Virus record (IMG/VR): IMGVR_UViG_3300042540_001822 | Location: 62,001-126,000 of that record | Length of the DNA: 64,000 nt | Direction: 5' to 3' (one strand) | Shown: positions 39,161 to 50,195 of the stretch, one piece after another | Layout of the letters: every line of letters begins with the position of its first letter | Numbering within the stretch: the first letter of the stretch is position 1 | Notes under the pieces: model-generated | Databases searched by the model: none | Told to the model about the DNA's origin: nothing | Seen by the model: only the letters and a program-made list of their open reading frames with translations | Position numbers and translations under genes: made by a program

Positions 39161-39940
39161 TTAATCCTTGAAATTATAAATTTTACTGTACCTAATTTTA
39201 GGGTTAGACCTTATAGCTCTTGCCTTCTCATATTCTGTAGACTCTTCCATCCATGGGAGTTTTAAATAATCGGTTGATTTCCAAATTTGACTGTCTATTT
39301 TTTCCTCTATGTAATAATAAGAAGCGATCGACATTCTTGGTTTTTTACCCTTAAAGGGGAAGGGCTGCCCATGGAAATTGTCCCGAGTATCAAATATTAC
39401 CCAGGAATTAAATTGATTAAGTAGTTTGGTAACTTTTCCATCCTTCCAAAATTCTAATGATCCGTTGTTGAATTCCTGATCCTCGTCAGTCAAATATCCG
39501 ATAACATTAATGCACCTCAAAAGCTGTTTTGTATTTGAATATGAATCTGGTAAAACGTTGAAGTCTTTATGGATAGAAAGATATCCACCATGTTTAGTTT
39601 TATGCAAACCACCTCCCCATCTTTTTTCATCAACTTTAAGATTTTCTAGTCCTGTTATTTTTTGTATAAAACTTACAAATTCATCGGAATGAATATAAAT
39701 AAACAATCTTTTCAAATTTTCTGGCATTTTATCCAAATTGTTTAATGTATATTTTTCAAACTCGAAATAGGGATCAGAGTACTTAAAAAAATCTTCATCC
39801 GATAAATCTAAAAATTCTTTTTCACAAATTTTGATAAAATCAGAATCAAAAAGGTCTTGTAATACAACGTGATTAGGGGAATTTTCTATGTAATTTTTTT
39901 TTAATTCTTCCAGATTCAAATTTTGATTTAAAAATTTCAT
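39161..39940 (-). CDS. 2OG-Fe(II) oxygenase (prolyl-4-hydroxylase-like)
   Basis: GGGLH...IHKDFN (HxD)...FHG...RMSIA. Confidence 0.85.
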   Translation of the reverse strand: MKFLNQNLNLEELKKNYIENSPNHVVLQDLFDSDFIKICEKEFLDLSDEDFFKYSDPYFEFEKYTLNNLDKMPENLKRLFIYIHSDEFVSFIQKITGLENLKVDEKRWGGGLHKTKHGGYLSIHKDFNVLPDSYSNTKQLLRCINVIGYLTDEDQEFNNGSLEFWKDGKVTKLLNQFNSWVIFDTRDNFHGQPFPFKGKKPRMSIASYYYIEEKIDSQIWKSTDYLKLPWMEESTEYEKARAIRSNPKIRYSKIYNFKD

Positions 39941-40010
39941 TTTTTTTAACGATTATATTTAATCCAAACTTTTATGTTTCAAAACTGTTTTCATCATGAT
40001 ATATAAATCT

Positions 40011-41201
40011 ATGGAAAATAGAATTTTAAATTTTTCTGATTTCATCTTGGAATCAACAATTAACAGGCCAAATTACTGGGAGGTCAATTACCCTGATAAA
40101 TGGAAGGCTTTGCAAGATCTTGGGTTTGTGGATGTAACCACAGATAGAATGAAGAAAAATGGAAATAACATCATCATAAAAAACGACAATTTACCTCTTT
40201 ACCCCGCCGGAATTTACTATCAAGATTCGGGATATTTAAGAAACGTTGCTGCAAAAAATGGATTTATTACCAGAGACATGAATTGGGTTCAAGCAGCAGA
40301 TTACTTGATTGATAAATTTAGCAAATTAAAACAAATTATTCCTTCAGGCGTTCCCCCAAAAGTTTTCATTTCAATTTTAGAAAAATTAGAAAGATCGATT
40401 GTATCAAAATCGTCAGGAAAAAAAGTAATATTTGATCCATCTTCTAAAGAAGTTACTGTAAAAAGTACATTTGTACTTCATGTGGATGAAATTCCAGAAT
40501 TTATATCTTTGGGTTACAAATTAGGTCATGTGGATTCATTCAAATTGAAAGGAGATTTGACCCGTTATCCAGAAATAACTAAAGCACAATGCGATTTAAT
40601 TTTTCCATCTGAATGTAATGAATTGGAGGTTTTGGGTGTGAAATTTTCATCGGATTGTCAAAATGTTCCTATTTTTCCACCCGCAAGAACTTCGATAAAT
40701 GTAAATATAGAGGGAATTAAAAATTTAAAATGCTTAAGTCCAGATCAACCACAAAAGATTGAAAGTTTAAAGGTTATAAGTGACCTTGAATCTCTGTATG
40801 GATTATACATCATTCAATGTGAAAAAGTAAATTTAAGAGTAAAAAAAAATACAGGACCTCGACCTTGGGAAAATAAACTCACTGGATTGACATTCCCAGA
40901 CAGCTCTAACGATCCTTATTATTCTGGCGTCAAAACTACGGGCTGGGACATTGAAAATTGGGTAAAAGTTCTCCGAGAAGGAAATGAAGAGCAAAAAAAA
41001 CTGATGATAACACTTCCGATGCTAGATTCAAACTTTTGGAATGAACGGATGGAAGAAAATCCAGGTGAAACAATCCACATTTTGGCCCCGATTTGGAATG
41101 ATCCAGGATTTACAGAAATAAACAAGGGAATTAAAATTCCTCCCGGATATGAAGACCAATTAGATTTGTTTTCTGGATTTTCGGAACTGGGATTGTTCTA
41201 G
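40011..41201 (+). CDS. Divergent member sharing the LRR-family C-terminal domain
   Basis: WVKVLREGNEEQKKLMITLP...PGETIHIL...GYEDQLDLFSGFSELGLF; start after GATATATA at 39998. Confidence 0.8.
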   Translation: MENRILNFSDFILESTINRPNYWEVNYPDKWKALQDLGFVDVTTDRMKKNGNNIIIKNDNLPLYPAGIYYQDSGYLRNVAAKNGFITRDMNWVQAADYLIDKFSKLKQIIPSGVPPKVFISILEKLERSIVSKSSGKKVIFDPSSKEVTVKSTFVLHVDEIPEFISLGYKLGHVDSFKLKGDLTRYPEITKAQCDLIFPSECNELEVLGVKFSSDCQNVPIFPPARTSINVNIEGIKNLKCLSPDQPQKIESLKVISDLESLYGLYIIQCEKVNLRVKKNTGPRPWENKLTGLTFPDSSNDPYYSGVKTTGWDIENWVKVLREGNEEQKKLMITLPMLDSNFWNERMEENPGETIHILAPIWNDPGFTEINKGIKIPPGYEDQLDLFSGFSELGLF

Positions 41202-41215
41202 AAATTTAAATCAAA

Positions 41216-41986
41216 ATGAAACATTTATTTCCCTTTCCTCTGTTTGAATCCCGCAAACCTCCTTTAACCAAAGAACAGATTCAATTTTTGGAATTTCACA
41301 CTACCGGAACATGTAATTATAATTTTTCCTCCGGGAAAATAGACGTGGATGGGGTTTTTAGTTTAGAAGAAGATCAAGATTCTCTGATGGGATTGGAATT
41401 TGGAGTGGTCGAAGGAGGTTTCTCAATAAATGCAAATTTTCAAAATTTGAAAGGATTTCCAGAGGTAGTCGATGGTTTATTTTTTCTCCAATCAGATTTA
41501 ATTTCAGATCTCACCGGATCACCACAGTTTATAGAAAATTGTATGATACACAGCAAAAGCTTAAAATCTTTAAAGGGGGGTCCCAGAGAAGTAGGATCTA
41601 TGAGTCTCACCATTGAATTTCCATCTATTCAAAACTTACAAGGGGCTCCTGAAATTGTCAAAGAAAAGTTTAGATTAAGAATTTCGGGGTTCAAAAGTGG
41701 ATCCCCCATGGTGATAGTGTTTCTGCCTTTTACCTGGAACTTAGAGGGAAAGATTGAAATGTTAAAATTACAAAAGGGGGAAGAAAAAAATTTACTTTCT
41801 ACTTTAATTTCTGTGGAGGATGTTAAAAAATCTTTTAAAGAAAGACCATCACAAACTTTATATGACCTCGTAGAAGTGTGGAATTTACCCGGATTTTCAG
41901 AGATAAAAAAACAAATTCAAATCCCAGCAAATTTTAGGGACCAATTTGATTTAATGACAGGATTTAATGAACTAGGATTATTTTAG
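41216..41986 (+). CDS. Divergent LRR-like paralogue (about 4 degenerate modules)
   Basis: LKGFP/LTGSP/LKGGP/LQGAP; ends TGFNELGLF. Confidence 0.8.
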   Translation: MKHLFPFPLFESRKPPLTKEQIQFLEFHTTGTCNYNFSSGKIDVDGVFSLEEDQDSLMGLEFGVVEGGFSINANFQNLKGFPEVVDGLFFLQSDLISDLTGSPQFIENCMIHSKSLKSLKGGPREVGSMSLTIEFPSIQNLQGAPEIVKEKFRLRISGFKSGSPMVIVFLPFTWNLEGKIEMLKLQKGEEKNLLSTLISVEDVKKSFKERPSQTLYDLVEVWNLPGFSEIKKQIQIPANFRDQFDLMTGFNELGLF

Positions 41987-42132
41987 TTTTTAATATTTAG
42001 AATTTTTAATTATTATTTTCCATTTTTAAATATTTTTGTTACCAAATAAGAAAAAAATCATTATTTTTAAGGTAAAATCTCATTTGATCCATTTTAACCG
42101 AAATCTTTTACGGTTTTTGAAATAAAATAAAC

Positions 42133-42801
42133 ATGATTGAATTTCCCGGAAAATCACAGGTTTCTAAGTTAAATCTTTGGTTTCAACTTATTGCCGATTT
42201 CATTAGATATAAAATCGTTTATTCGGTAGAAGAATTTTTGTTTTTATTTAAAAATTACCTTCGAAACATTTGGATTTTTCGAAAAGCACTTGCTAGCCAC
42301 GTTTGTTGGGATTCTGGGTCAATTTTATACTTCTTAGAATTGGGGATAGACGATATTAGAAAAAATATTCAGGAAAAAGGAAAAGAGATCTCTATTTCTA
42401 GGAATAAAAAAATCCAAAAAATGGACAGAGCTGTCCAAATTCTTTCAAATATTAGGGAAGACAAATATTTTCTTTTGGCTGAAAATGAATTGGGCAAAAT
42501 CCACACAGGAAAAACGTGGTTCGAGCCGTATCTTCCAAATTCAGAAGAAGAGAAACAATGTGAAGGTTCGGAATCAGAGTTTCCTTTGTATGAAATGAAA
42601 GATGACCTTTCCGAAGAACAAAAGGCACACAATTCTAAAATTTTTAGCAGATCCCATGAACTAGAAAAGCTGGAATGGGAAGAATTATTTCAGATTCTGC
42701 AGGGGAAAGACAATTTAGAAAATTTGGAGACTTCAGAAGAATCAGATGATCCCTGGGGAAAAGCATACGACGGTTCGGGTTTAAAATCTTGGTGGGATTA
42801 A
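42133..42801 (+). CDS. Phage hypothetical protein (C-terminal WWD)
   Basis: ORF track. Confidence 0.7.
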   Translation: MIEFPGKSQVSKLNLWFQLIADFIRYKIVYSVEEFLFLFKNYLRNIWIFRKALASHVCWDSGSILYFLELGIDDIRKNIQEKGKEISISRNKKIQKMDRAVQILSNIREDKYFLLAENELGKIHTGKTWFEPYLPNSEEEKQCEGSESEFPLYEMKDDLSEEQKAHNSKIFSRSHELEKLEWEELFQILQGKDNLENLETSEESDDPWGKAYDGSGLKSWWD

Positions 42802-42838
42802 AAAATTTATCTTTTCATACAAAATTCAATTTTCAATT

Positions 42839-43057
42839 ATGACTAATTCATACGTTATCATCAAAAATTACAAAACTCCAGCTGGTACAACAGTTCCTGT
42901 TATCATGTTAGATTCTCAAGGAGAAGTTTTGGAATTCTCCTCTGAAACTGAAGCAGAAACTATGAGACAGATGTTTCAGAAAAATTCAGATTCTGGTTAT
43001 AGATTTTCTCTCCGTGAAATCAAAGGTCACTTTCCACCTTCAACATTGAACTCATGA
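42839..43057 (+). CDS. Hypothetical protein
   Basis: ORF track. Confidence 0.65.
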   Translation: MTNSYVIIKNYKTPAGTTVPVIMLDSQGEVLEFSSETEAETMRQMFQKNSDSGYRFSLREIKGHFPPSTLNS

Positions 43058-43251
43058 GCAAAAGAGATCCTTTACTAGCCAAATTGAGAACTCCGGTTCA
43101 CATTGATTTTATTGCCACATATATTCTTAAGGAATCTAGGGATAAAACCAGAGAAATTTTACAGGAATATATTGATGCAGGAATAGTGGGGGAGAGCCCT
43201 TTGGCCAAAGATTATTTTGGGGTCATAAATCCCCAATCGGCGAATAAATAA
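43054..43251 (+). CDS. Small winged-helix-like hypothetical protein
   Basis: ORF track; coupled start/stop. Confidence 0.55.
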   Translation: MSKRDPLLAKLRTPVHIDFIATYILKESRDKTREILQEYIDAGIVGESPLAKDYFGVINPQSANK

Positions 43252-43312
43252 TTTATTTTTCTTGGAACAAATCTTGAGTTTGTAAATTAAACTCAAGATA
43301 AATTTGTTTTTT

Positions 43313-44587
43313 ATGAGCAATAAAAATCCTAGAATTTTTGTGCAAATTGCATCCTATAGAGATCCTCAGTTGGTGAATACTATAGAGGACATGATCAAAA
43401 ATTCTAAATTTCCGAAAAATTTGGTTATTGGATTGTGTAGACAATATCACCCCGAGGATGGGTTCGACAATGTGGATAAGTTCAGGAAAGACAAAAGATT
43501 CAGAATTATTGATGTTCCTTATTCTGAAAGTAAAGGTGTTTGCTGGGCGAGAAACCAAGTCCAACAGAAATACTCTGGTGAAGAATTTACCCTTCAAATT
43601 GATTCACACATGAGATTTGCTCCTGATTGGGATGAAACACTTGTAGGAATGGTAAAACAGTTGCAGGAAGAAGGCTATGAAAAACCCTTGCTCACTTCTT
43701 ATGTTTCTTCTTTCGATCCAGAAAATGATCCAGCCGCTAGGGTACAAGAACCATGGAGAATGTCATTTGACCGTTTTATTCCAGAGGGTGCAGTTTTCTT
43801 TTTGCCTGAAACAATTCCAAACTGGCGCAATCTGACATCTCCGGTTCCTTCAAGATTTTACTCTGCGCATTTTGCCTTCACTTTAGGACAATTTTCAACC
43901 GAGGTCCAACATAATCCAAACTATTATTTCCACGGGGAGGAAATTTCGATTGCTGTTCGTGCCTTCACCTGGGGGTATGATTTATTTCATCCACATAAAG
44001 TTGTTATTTGGCACGAATATACTCGAAAAGGAAGGACAAAACAGTGGGACGACGACAAAGAATGGGTCAAAAAAAACAATGTCTCTCATCTAACAAACAG
44101 AAAATTGTTTGGGATGGACGGAGAGATTCGAGAAGGACACGATGGACCTTATGGTTTTGGTTCTATCAGAACTCTTCAACAATACGAAGAATATGCGGGT
44201 CTCCTGTTTGAAAAGAGAGCGGTACAACAGGAAACATTGGACAAATATTATCCACCTAATCCCGGGATCAACATGTTCGAAGGAAATGAAGAAGCATGGA
44301 AAAATTCATTCTCACAAATCTTCAAGCACTGTATTGATATTAATTATAATCAAGTCACAGAAACGGACTATGATTTTTGGGTTGTTGCTTTCCACGATGA
44401 AACAGACAAGACACTTTTTCGAAAAGATGCAGATAAGAATGAGATAAATAGAATGAAAAATGATCCAGATGGTTACTGTAAGGTGTGGAGAGAATTCAAC
44501 ACGACCACAAAACCTAAATACTGGGTCGTTTGGCCACACTCTGAATCCAAAGGATGGTGTGAAAGAATAACCGGAAATTTACCATAA
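43313..44587 (+). CDS. GlcNAc-transferase, GT60/Gnt1-like (GlcNAc family)
   Basis: IFVQIASYRD, GVCWAR, LQIDSHMRF, GEE, WHEY match the Dictyostelium Gnt1-type signature. Confidence 0.85.
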   Translation: MSNKNPRIFVQIASYRDPQLVNTIEDMIKNSKFPKNLVIGLCRQYHPEDGFDNVDKFRKDKRFRIIDVPYSESKGVCWARNQVQQKYSGEEFTLQIDSHMRFAPDWDETLVGMVKQLQEEGYEKPLLTSYVSSFDPENDPAARVQEPWRMSFDRFIPEGAVFFLPETIPNWRNLTSPVPSRFYSAHFAFTLGQFSTEVQHNPNYYFHGEEISIAVRAFTWGYDLFHPHKVVIWHEYTRKGRTKQWDDDKEWVKKNNVSHLTNRKLFGMDGEIREGHDGPYGFGSIRTLQQYEEYAGLLFEKRAVQQETLDKYYPPNPGINMFEGNEEAWKNSFSQIFKHCIDINYNQVTETDYDFWVVAFHDETDKTLFRKDADKNEINRMKNDPDGYCKVWREFNTTTKPKYWVVWPHSESKGWCERITGNLP

Positions 44588-44590
44588 AAA

Positions 44591-45892
44591 ATGAAAATAG
44601 TAACTTGTCAATTTTACACCAACAATATTCCATATAGAGAATTTTCAAAAGAAATAAATGAAAATTATTCAAAAGAGAATGGGTATATTTATTATGCTGA
44701 AAATAACAATGAAAAAATAATAGATAAATTAGAAGGAAGGTCAATTACTTGGTACAAGCCTCATTTATTACAAGAAATGATGATGAAGTACCCAACATGT
44801 GATTATATTCTATATTTAGATATTGATGCGGTTTTTATAAATAAAGAAAGAAAAATTCAGGAATTTATAACAAATGATTTTTCAATACTAATGTCTTCTG
44901 ACCATGGTCCTTCAATAGTAAATGCGGGTGTAATTTTATTGAAGAATAATAAATTCAATTATGAATTAATGTCTAAATGGTGGGAATTAGGAGAAGAATT
45001 CCCCGAGTATAAAACAGGTCTTTGGCATGACCAAACTTGTTTAAAGTTTTTGTATGAAAGACTTGAAGATAAATCTATTTTTAAAATTATTGAAAACAAC
45101 GATATAAATTCAAGAATTTATAATAAAGATAAATTTATTTTTCACGCTTTTAGTTACGGTCATTTACCTAACAGATCTTTAGACTTGGTTTATAATGATA
45201 TTTTTAACAAAGAAGAATCAGGAAAAGAAACTTTAAGCCAGATTTCAAAAAAATTTCCAACAGATAAAGATTTCACTCATAATTATTTTGATGCCGTATA
45301 TGAACCACATTTCTCCAAAATAAGAGAGAACGTAAAAAAATTTTGTGAAATAGGTGTTGGTGGTTTTTGGGGTGAAGTAGGATGGGTTCCCGGAAACTCT
45401 TTAAGAGTATGGGAAGAATATTTTCCTAATGCTAACATACTTGGTTTAGATCTTAATGATTATGATTTGGTAAGTGAGAATAGAATTACTGTTGATTATA
45501 TTGACCAATCTAAAAAAGAACTTGTGGACGAATATGCGGAAAAATTATACGATTATGATATAATTTTAGATGATGGTTCACATAATATTCATGACCAACA
45601 AATTACTTTTGCATCTTTTTTTAAATCATTAAAAAAAGGTGGAATATTTGTTATTGAAGATTTACATAGTAGTATTGAAGTAAAAATACCTGAAAAAAGA
45701 ACAGTTTGGGGTTGGGGCGACCCAACAAAAATTACAACATTAGAAATGTTAGAAAGCTTTAAACAAACAGGTAAAATTATTTCTGATTACTTAAGTGATG
45801 AAGAAAAGTATTATTTAGAAGATAATATTAGTTCCGTAGAAATTTTTACTAACTCACCTACAAGTATAACATCAATAATAATAAAAAAATAA
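44591..45892 (+). CDS. GT34-like glycosyltransferase fused to a class I methyltransferase
   Basis: WYKP...YLDIDA...NAGV...HDQ; then TDK...HNY, EIGV, DIILDDGSH, GGIFVIEDL. Confidence 0.8.
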   Translation: MKIVTCQFYTNNIPYREFSKEINENYSKENGYIYYAENNNEKIIDKLEGRSITWYKPHLLQEMMMKYPTCDYILYLDIDAVFINKERKIQEFITNDFSILMSSDHGPSIVNAGVILLKNNKFNYELMSKWWELGEEFPEYKTGLWHDQTCLKFLYERLEDKSIFKIIENNDINSRIYNKDKFIFHAFSYGHLPNRSLDLVYNDIFNKEESGKETLSQISKKFPTDKDFTHNYFDAVYEPHFSKIRENVKKFCEIGVGGFWGEVGWVPGNSLRVWEEYFPNANILGLDLNDYDLVSENRITVDYIDQSKKELVDEYAEKLYDYDIILDDGSHNIHDQQITFASFFKSLKKGGIFVIEDLHSSIEVKIPEKRTVWGWGDPTKITTLEMLESFKQTGKIISDYLSDEEKYYLEDNISSVEIFTNSPTSITSIIIKK

Positions 45893-45992
45893 TTATGTTA
45901 GAAATTTATAGAACTAGACCAGATTGGATTATAAGGGCTATTGTAACAAAAGATCCTTCAAGAATAGTTAAAGTTAAACCCGAATAATTCCA

Positions 45993-47027
45993 ATGGACAA
46001 TTTCAATACAAATCAAATTTCAACGGATGTTGAAAATTCAATTCAGAATTCAGAGGAAATAAAAATAATCGTTGTTTATCACACCTATTTGGTCAATCAA
46101 TGGAGGATTCAAGTTGAAGAACAGTTAAAAAGATTATATGATTCTGGATTATATGATGCAGCAGATAAAATTTGTGTTACTTCCGATTTAGGAGAAACCA
46201 CAAGAGAAGAGGCAATAGAATTTTTCTCTGCATTTCCAAAATTAGAAATTGAATTATCGGATCAAAATTATGGAGAATATTTAGCGATTAGAAAAGTAAG
46301 AGAACTATCCTTCCTCCATAAAAATGCTAAAATTTTGAACTTTCATACTAAAGGGATTTTCAACAATTGGATAACTTTTAATGGAAAAGAAAAATCTGAA
46401 AGAAAAATTAAAAATTCAAAAGCATGGAGATATTGCATGGAATATTTCACCATAGACAGATGGAGAGAGTGTGTTGAATTACTTGAAACTTGGGACAATG
46501 TTGGGGTCACGTGCAACGGAGGATGGTATTGGGGTAATTTCTGGTGGAGTTCATTCAAACACATCAGTAAAACAATAGAACCCCATCACTCCACCAGATG
46601 GACAAATGAAGCCTGGCTTAATTGTGAAATTCCAGACTCTAAAAACTTCGAGTTCTGGCATTTTGAAATTGATCCATTCCAATCCGAATTAAGGCCAGAA
46701 TTTTACATGGGGGGATTTGAGAAATACAAACAAGATAGACTAATAGTTAAATCTGCTTTATGGGGATCATGTCCTTTTGAAATAGACGAAGGTTATTCTG
46801 GTTACAAATTCGGAATTACTGAAGATGTAACAGAAAAAGTACAGGCTTCAATCGATCAAAACGGTGGAACGAAAATAGATTTCACAGTAGGGTTTAATTT
46901 TTTTAATACTGACCCTATTTTCGGTTATAGGAAATGTTTAGATGTTGAATTATATCCAGAAACAAATCCAAATTTAATTATTAGATTAGGACAAAGAGAA
47001 GGACACCTATTTAAATTCTCTTTTTAA
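45993..47027 (+). CDS. Putative glycosyltransferase-like protein
   Basis: FHTKG...WR..MEYF...GNFWW...R...EAW pattern; located in the glycosylation cluster. Confidence 0.55.
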   Translation: MDNFNTNQISTDVENSIQNSEEIKIIVVYHTYLVNQWRIQVEEQLKRLYDSGLYDAADKICVTSDLGETTREEAIEFFSAFPKLEIELSDQNYGEYLAIRKVRELSFLHKNAKILNFHTKGIFNNWITFNGKEKSERKIKNSKAWRYCMEYFTIDRWRECVELLETWDNVGVTCNGGWYWGNFWWSSFKHISKTIEPHHSTRWTNEAWLNCEIPDSKNFEFWHFEIDPFQSELRPEFYMGGFEKYKQDRLIVKSALWGSCPFEIDEGYSGYKFGITEDVTEKVQASIDQNGGTKIDFTVGFNFFNTDPIFGYRKCLDVELYPETNPNLIIRLGQREGHLFKFSF

Positions 47028-47057
47028 AATTTCTTTTGTGATTATCTACAAAATTAT

Positions 47058-48740
47058 ATGAAAAACAACTTTACAATTGTTACAGGATTATGGGATTTGA
47101 AAAGAGGAGATTTGGAAGGTTGGGCTAAAAGAGATTTCTCCTATTATAAATCTAAATTTTTTGAGTTACTCGAAACAGATGTGCCCATGGTCATTTGGAT
47201 TTCTGATGACCTAAGAACCGAGGTAGAGGAGGTGAGACAAGGGAAACCCACATCGATTCAAATTAAAAATTTGGAGGATTTTAAAACTTGGAATCCTTTT
47301 TTCCATCAAATACAAGAAATTAGAAATCGACCTTCTTGGCAAAATTTTGCAGGTTGGCTTCCAGAGTCACCACAGGCCGCTTTAGAATTTTATAATCCGA
47401 TGATGTTTGCCAAAATGTTCATGGTTAACGACTCTGCTATTTTAAATCCATTTAACACAGATTATTTCTTTTGGGTAGATGGGGGTTTAACCAACACGGT
47501 TCCTAAAGGATATTTTACAAAAGATGATGTTTTAAAAAATCTACCTAGATTTGTGATAAAACACAACGATAAATTTATTCAAATTTCTTATCCTTATACA
47601 GCAAACGAAGAAATACATGGATTTGAAAGGAAAGCCATGGCATCTTATTGTGGGGTTGACTATGTGAATTATGTTTGTCGTGGTGGGTTTTTTGGAGGTT
47701 CTAAGGAAAGAATACACGAGATCAATTCTCTGTATTATTCGATCATGTCTAAAACTTTACACGCCGGTTACATGGGAGCTGATGAGTGTTTGTTTACCAT
47801 CCTATCACACCAATATCCAGAGTTGACCCATCGTTTTGAGATAGAGGGAAACGGATTGGTGTGGCCTTTTTTTGAAGAACTTAAACATTACTCAGAGGAA
47901 AAGATAAAACTTGATTCGTCTTTTTTGAATCCTGAAAACTGTGGCTTATATGTAATTGGATTCAATAGTCCAAGTCAGTTTCAAACCTTAATTCAATCAA
48001 TGATGGATTATGATCCAGATTTCATCCGAAAGCCCATCAAAATTCTTTTGAATAATTCCACTGATTCCAGCACTACTCCAGAGTATGAAAAATTGTGTTT
48101 AGATTATGGATTCTCCCACGTGAAGATGGATAATCTAGGAATTTGTGGGGGTAGACAGTGGATAGCAGAAGATGCGGCAGAAAGAGAATTTGATTTTTAT
48201 TTTTTCTTTGAGGATGACATGTTTTTCTATCCAAAAGAGGGGGAAAGGTGTAGAAATGGGTTTAACCGTTTTGTGTCTGGATTGTATCAAAAATCTTTAG
48301 AAATTATCAAAGAAAACAATTTTGATTTTCTGAAGTTGAATTATTCCGAATTCTTTGGCGATAACGGTACCCAGTGGTCGTGGTATAATGTACCCCAGAA
48401 CATCAGAGAGAAATTTTTCCCAGAAAAACCTAATTTACCTAAAATAGGACAAGATCCCAATGCTCCTAAGACCGAATACAAAAATATTAGATCTCATAAA
48501 GGAATTCCTTATGTAAACGGTGATATCTATTATTGCAATTGGCCTCAAATTGTAAGTAAGACAGGAAACCAAAAGATGTTTTTAAACACAAAGTGGGCGA
48601 GGCCATACGAGCAAACTTGGATGTCCTATATGTTCCAAGAAATGAAAGATGGAAATCTGTACGCCGGTCTTTTACTTCTAACCCCCACTGAACACAACAG
48701 GTTCGAACACTACGACGGCAAGTTAAGGAAAGAAAGTTAG
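47058..48740 (+). CDS. HtrL/YibB-like glycosyltransferase fused to a second GT-A domain
   Basis: TIVTGLWD, NPFNTDYFFWVDGG, GGFFGG; second domain has FFEDD. Confidence 0.75.
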   Translation: MKNNFTIVTGLWDLKRGDLEGWAKRDFSYYKSKFFELLETDVPMVIWISDDLRTEVEEVRQGKPTSIQIKNLEDFKTWNPFFHQIQEIRNRPSWQNFAGWLPESPQAALEFYNPMMFAKMFMVNDSAILNPFNTDYFFWVDGGLTNTVPKGYFTKDDVLKNLPRFVIKHNDKFIQISYPYTANEEIHGFERKAMASYCGVDYVNYVCRGGFFGGSKERIHEINSLYYSIMSKTLHAGYMGADECLFTILSHQYPELTHRFEIEGNGLVWPFFEELKHYSEEKIKLDSSFLNPENCGLYVIGFNSPSQFQTLIQSMMDYDPDFIRKPIKILLNNSTDSSTTPEYEKLCLDYGFSHVKMDNLGICGGRQWIAEDAAEREFDFYFFFEDDMFFYPKEGERCRNGFNRFVSGLYQKSLEIIKENNFDFLKLNYSEFFGDNGTQWSWYNVPQNIREKFFPEKPNLPKIGQDPNAPKTEYKNIRSHKGIPYVNGDIYYCNWPQIVSKTGNQKMFLNTKWARPYEQTWMSYMFQEMKDGNLYAGLLLLTPTEHNRFEHYDGKLRKES

Positions 48741-48802
48741 ATTTTCATAATTCTTAATTTTAATTTAACATAATTTAACAATTCCGAAAATACATACACG
48801 GA

Positions 48803-49516
48803 ATGAAAACTCTTGTTATTTCCGACGTCCATATTGGATCCAAAGGTTGCTCCTCTGAGGAACTTCTTTATTTGTTGAAAGATCAGTCATTCCACCGTTA
48901 TATTTTGGTTGGTGATATTATCGATGGTTGGCTCTTCAAAAAATACAAAAGATTTACCTACGATCACGCTCGTTTAATTCGAAGATTTTTAAAACTCTCA
49001 AAAACAAAAGAAATCATTTGGATCGCCGGAAATCACGATGAATTTCTCAGAAAATATTTGCCTATGGAGTTGGGGAATATTAGAATTGTAGACGAATGGA
49101 TTGAATCTGGAATTTGGTTCTGTCACGGAGACAAATATGATGGAGTGGTTAAAATGAGGTGGCTTGCCCAATTGGGGGGATTGGGATATGATTTGGCAAT
49201 TGTCATTGATAGAACATTGAAAAAAATGGGATTCAAAAGATCTCTGTCTAAGTATTTAAAGGATAATGTCAAGGCGGCAGTTAAATTTATGACAGACTTT
49301 GAGAAAGAGATGGCGAGACAGGCCGAAAAAAGAGGTTGTCACACCGTGGTGTGTGGACACATACATAATCCAGAATTGAAGGAAATTGGCAAAATCAGAT
49401 ATATTAACACAGGGGATTGGATCGAAAACAACTCCTATCTGATTTTGAATAAAAATTATTGTTCCCTTTACTCCCATGGAAGAGAAATTGACAATTGTTA
49501 TTCCCTGCAAAAATGA
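48803..49516 (+). CDS. LpxH-like metallophosphoesterase (UDP-2,3-diacylglucosamine hydrolase family)
   Basis: SDVHIG, GDIID, GNHD, HGD, GHIH, NTGDW. Confidence 0.85.
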   Translation: MKTLVISDVHIGSKGCSSEELLYLLKDQSFHRYILVGDIIDGWLFKKYKRFTYDHARLIRRFLKLSKTKEIIWIAGNHDEFLRKYLPMELGNIRIVDEWIESGIWFCHGDKYDGVVKMRWLAQLGGLGYDLAIVIDRTLKKMGFKRSLSKYLKDNVKAAVKFMTDFEKEMARQAEKRGCHTVVCGHIHNPELKEIGKIRYINTGDWIENNSYLILNKNYCSLYSHGREIDNCYSLQK

Positions 49517-50183
49517 GGAAAAGTACATTTTTGCCACCCTGGAAAGTTTGGCCAGACAAAATATAGGATCCACCCAAATTTATCTGGCGGATGCTAATTC
49601 TACAGATTTAACTGTTTCTCGGGCCAAGATGGCTTCATTTCTTTTCAATTTGAATTTGAAAATCATTCCTGGTGGTAAGGTTGCAGAGGGTAGAAACACC
49701 GGAGCTTCAATGGCAAAAACCCCGTACGTTTTATTCCTTGATGCCGACGTTACTTTCACTCCACAAATGAATTTGAATTCTTGTGTTCAAAAAATGGACG
49801 GAAAAATCAAATTGATGTCTACAACTCCAGTTTCAAGAACAGAGGGAGATTGGAAGGCTGAAATTTTGTTTTGTCTCAACCGGTGGTGTACGATCTTGAT
49901 AAGTCAAAAAGAACCGTTCTCTGTGGGTTCTTTTACCCTAGTAGAATTAGAATCTTTTTGGTCAAAGGGTGGTTTTGATATAGAGGTAAAACACACAGAA
50001 GATTGGCTTTTTTCCCGTCAATTCGAACCCGGAGAGTTTTGCCTTATTCCAAATTTAATTACCCAGGATTCAAGACGTTTTAAAAGATTTGGTTACCTTA
50101 GAATGGCCAATCTCGTGATTCGAAATTGGAAGAATCGAAAGAACAGAGAACATTTTTTAAAGGAAGCAGGGTACTGGATTTGA
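49476..50183 (+). CDS. Glycosyltransferase family 2
   Basis: IVIPCKNEE, DANSTD, GRNTGA, FLDAD, TED. Confidence 0.88.
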   Translation: MEEKLTIVIPCKNEEKYIFATLESLARQNIGSTQIYLADANSTDLTVSRAKMASFLFNLNLKIIPGGKVAEGRNTGASMAKTPYVLFLDADVTFTPQMNLNSCVQKMDGKIKLMSTTPVSRTEGDWKAEILFCLNRWCTILISQKEPFSVGSFTLVELESFWSKGGFDIEVKHTEDWLFSRQFEPGEFCLIPNLITQDSRRFKRFGYLRMANLVIRNWKNRKNREHFLKEAGYWI

Positions 50184-50195
50184 GATATATAAAAA

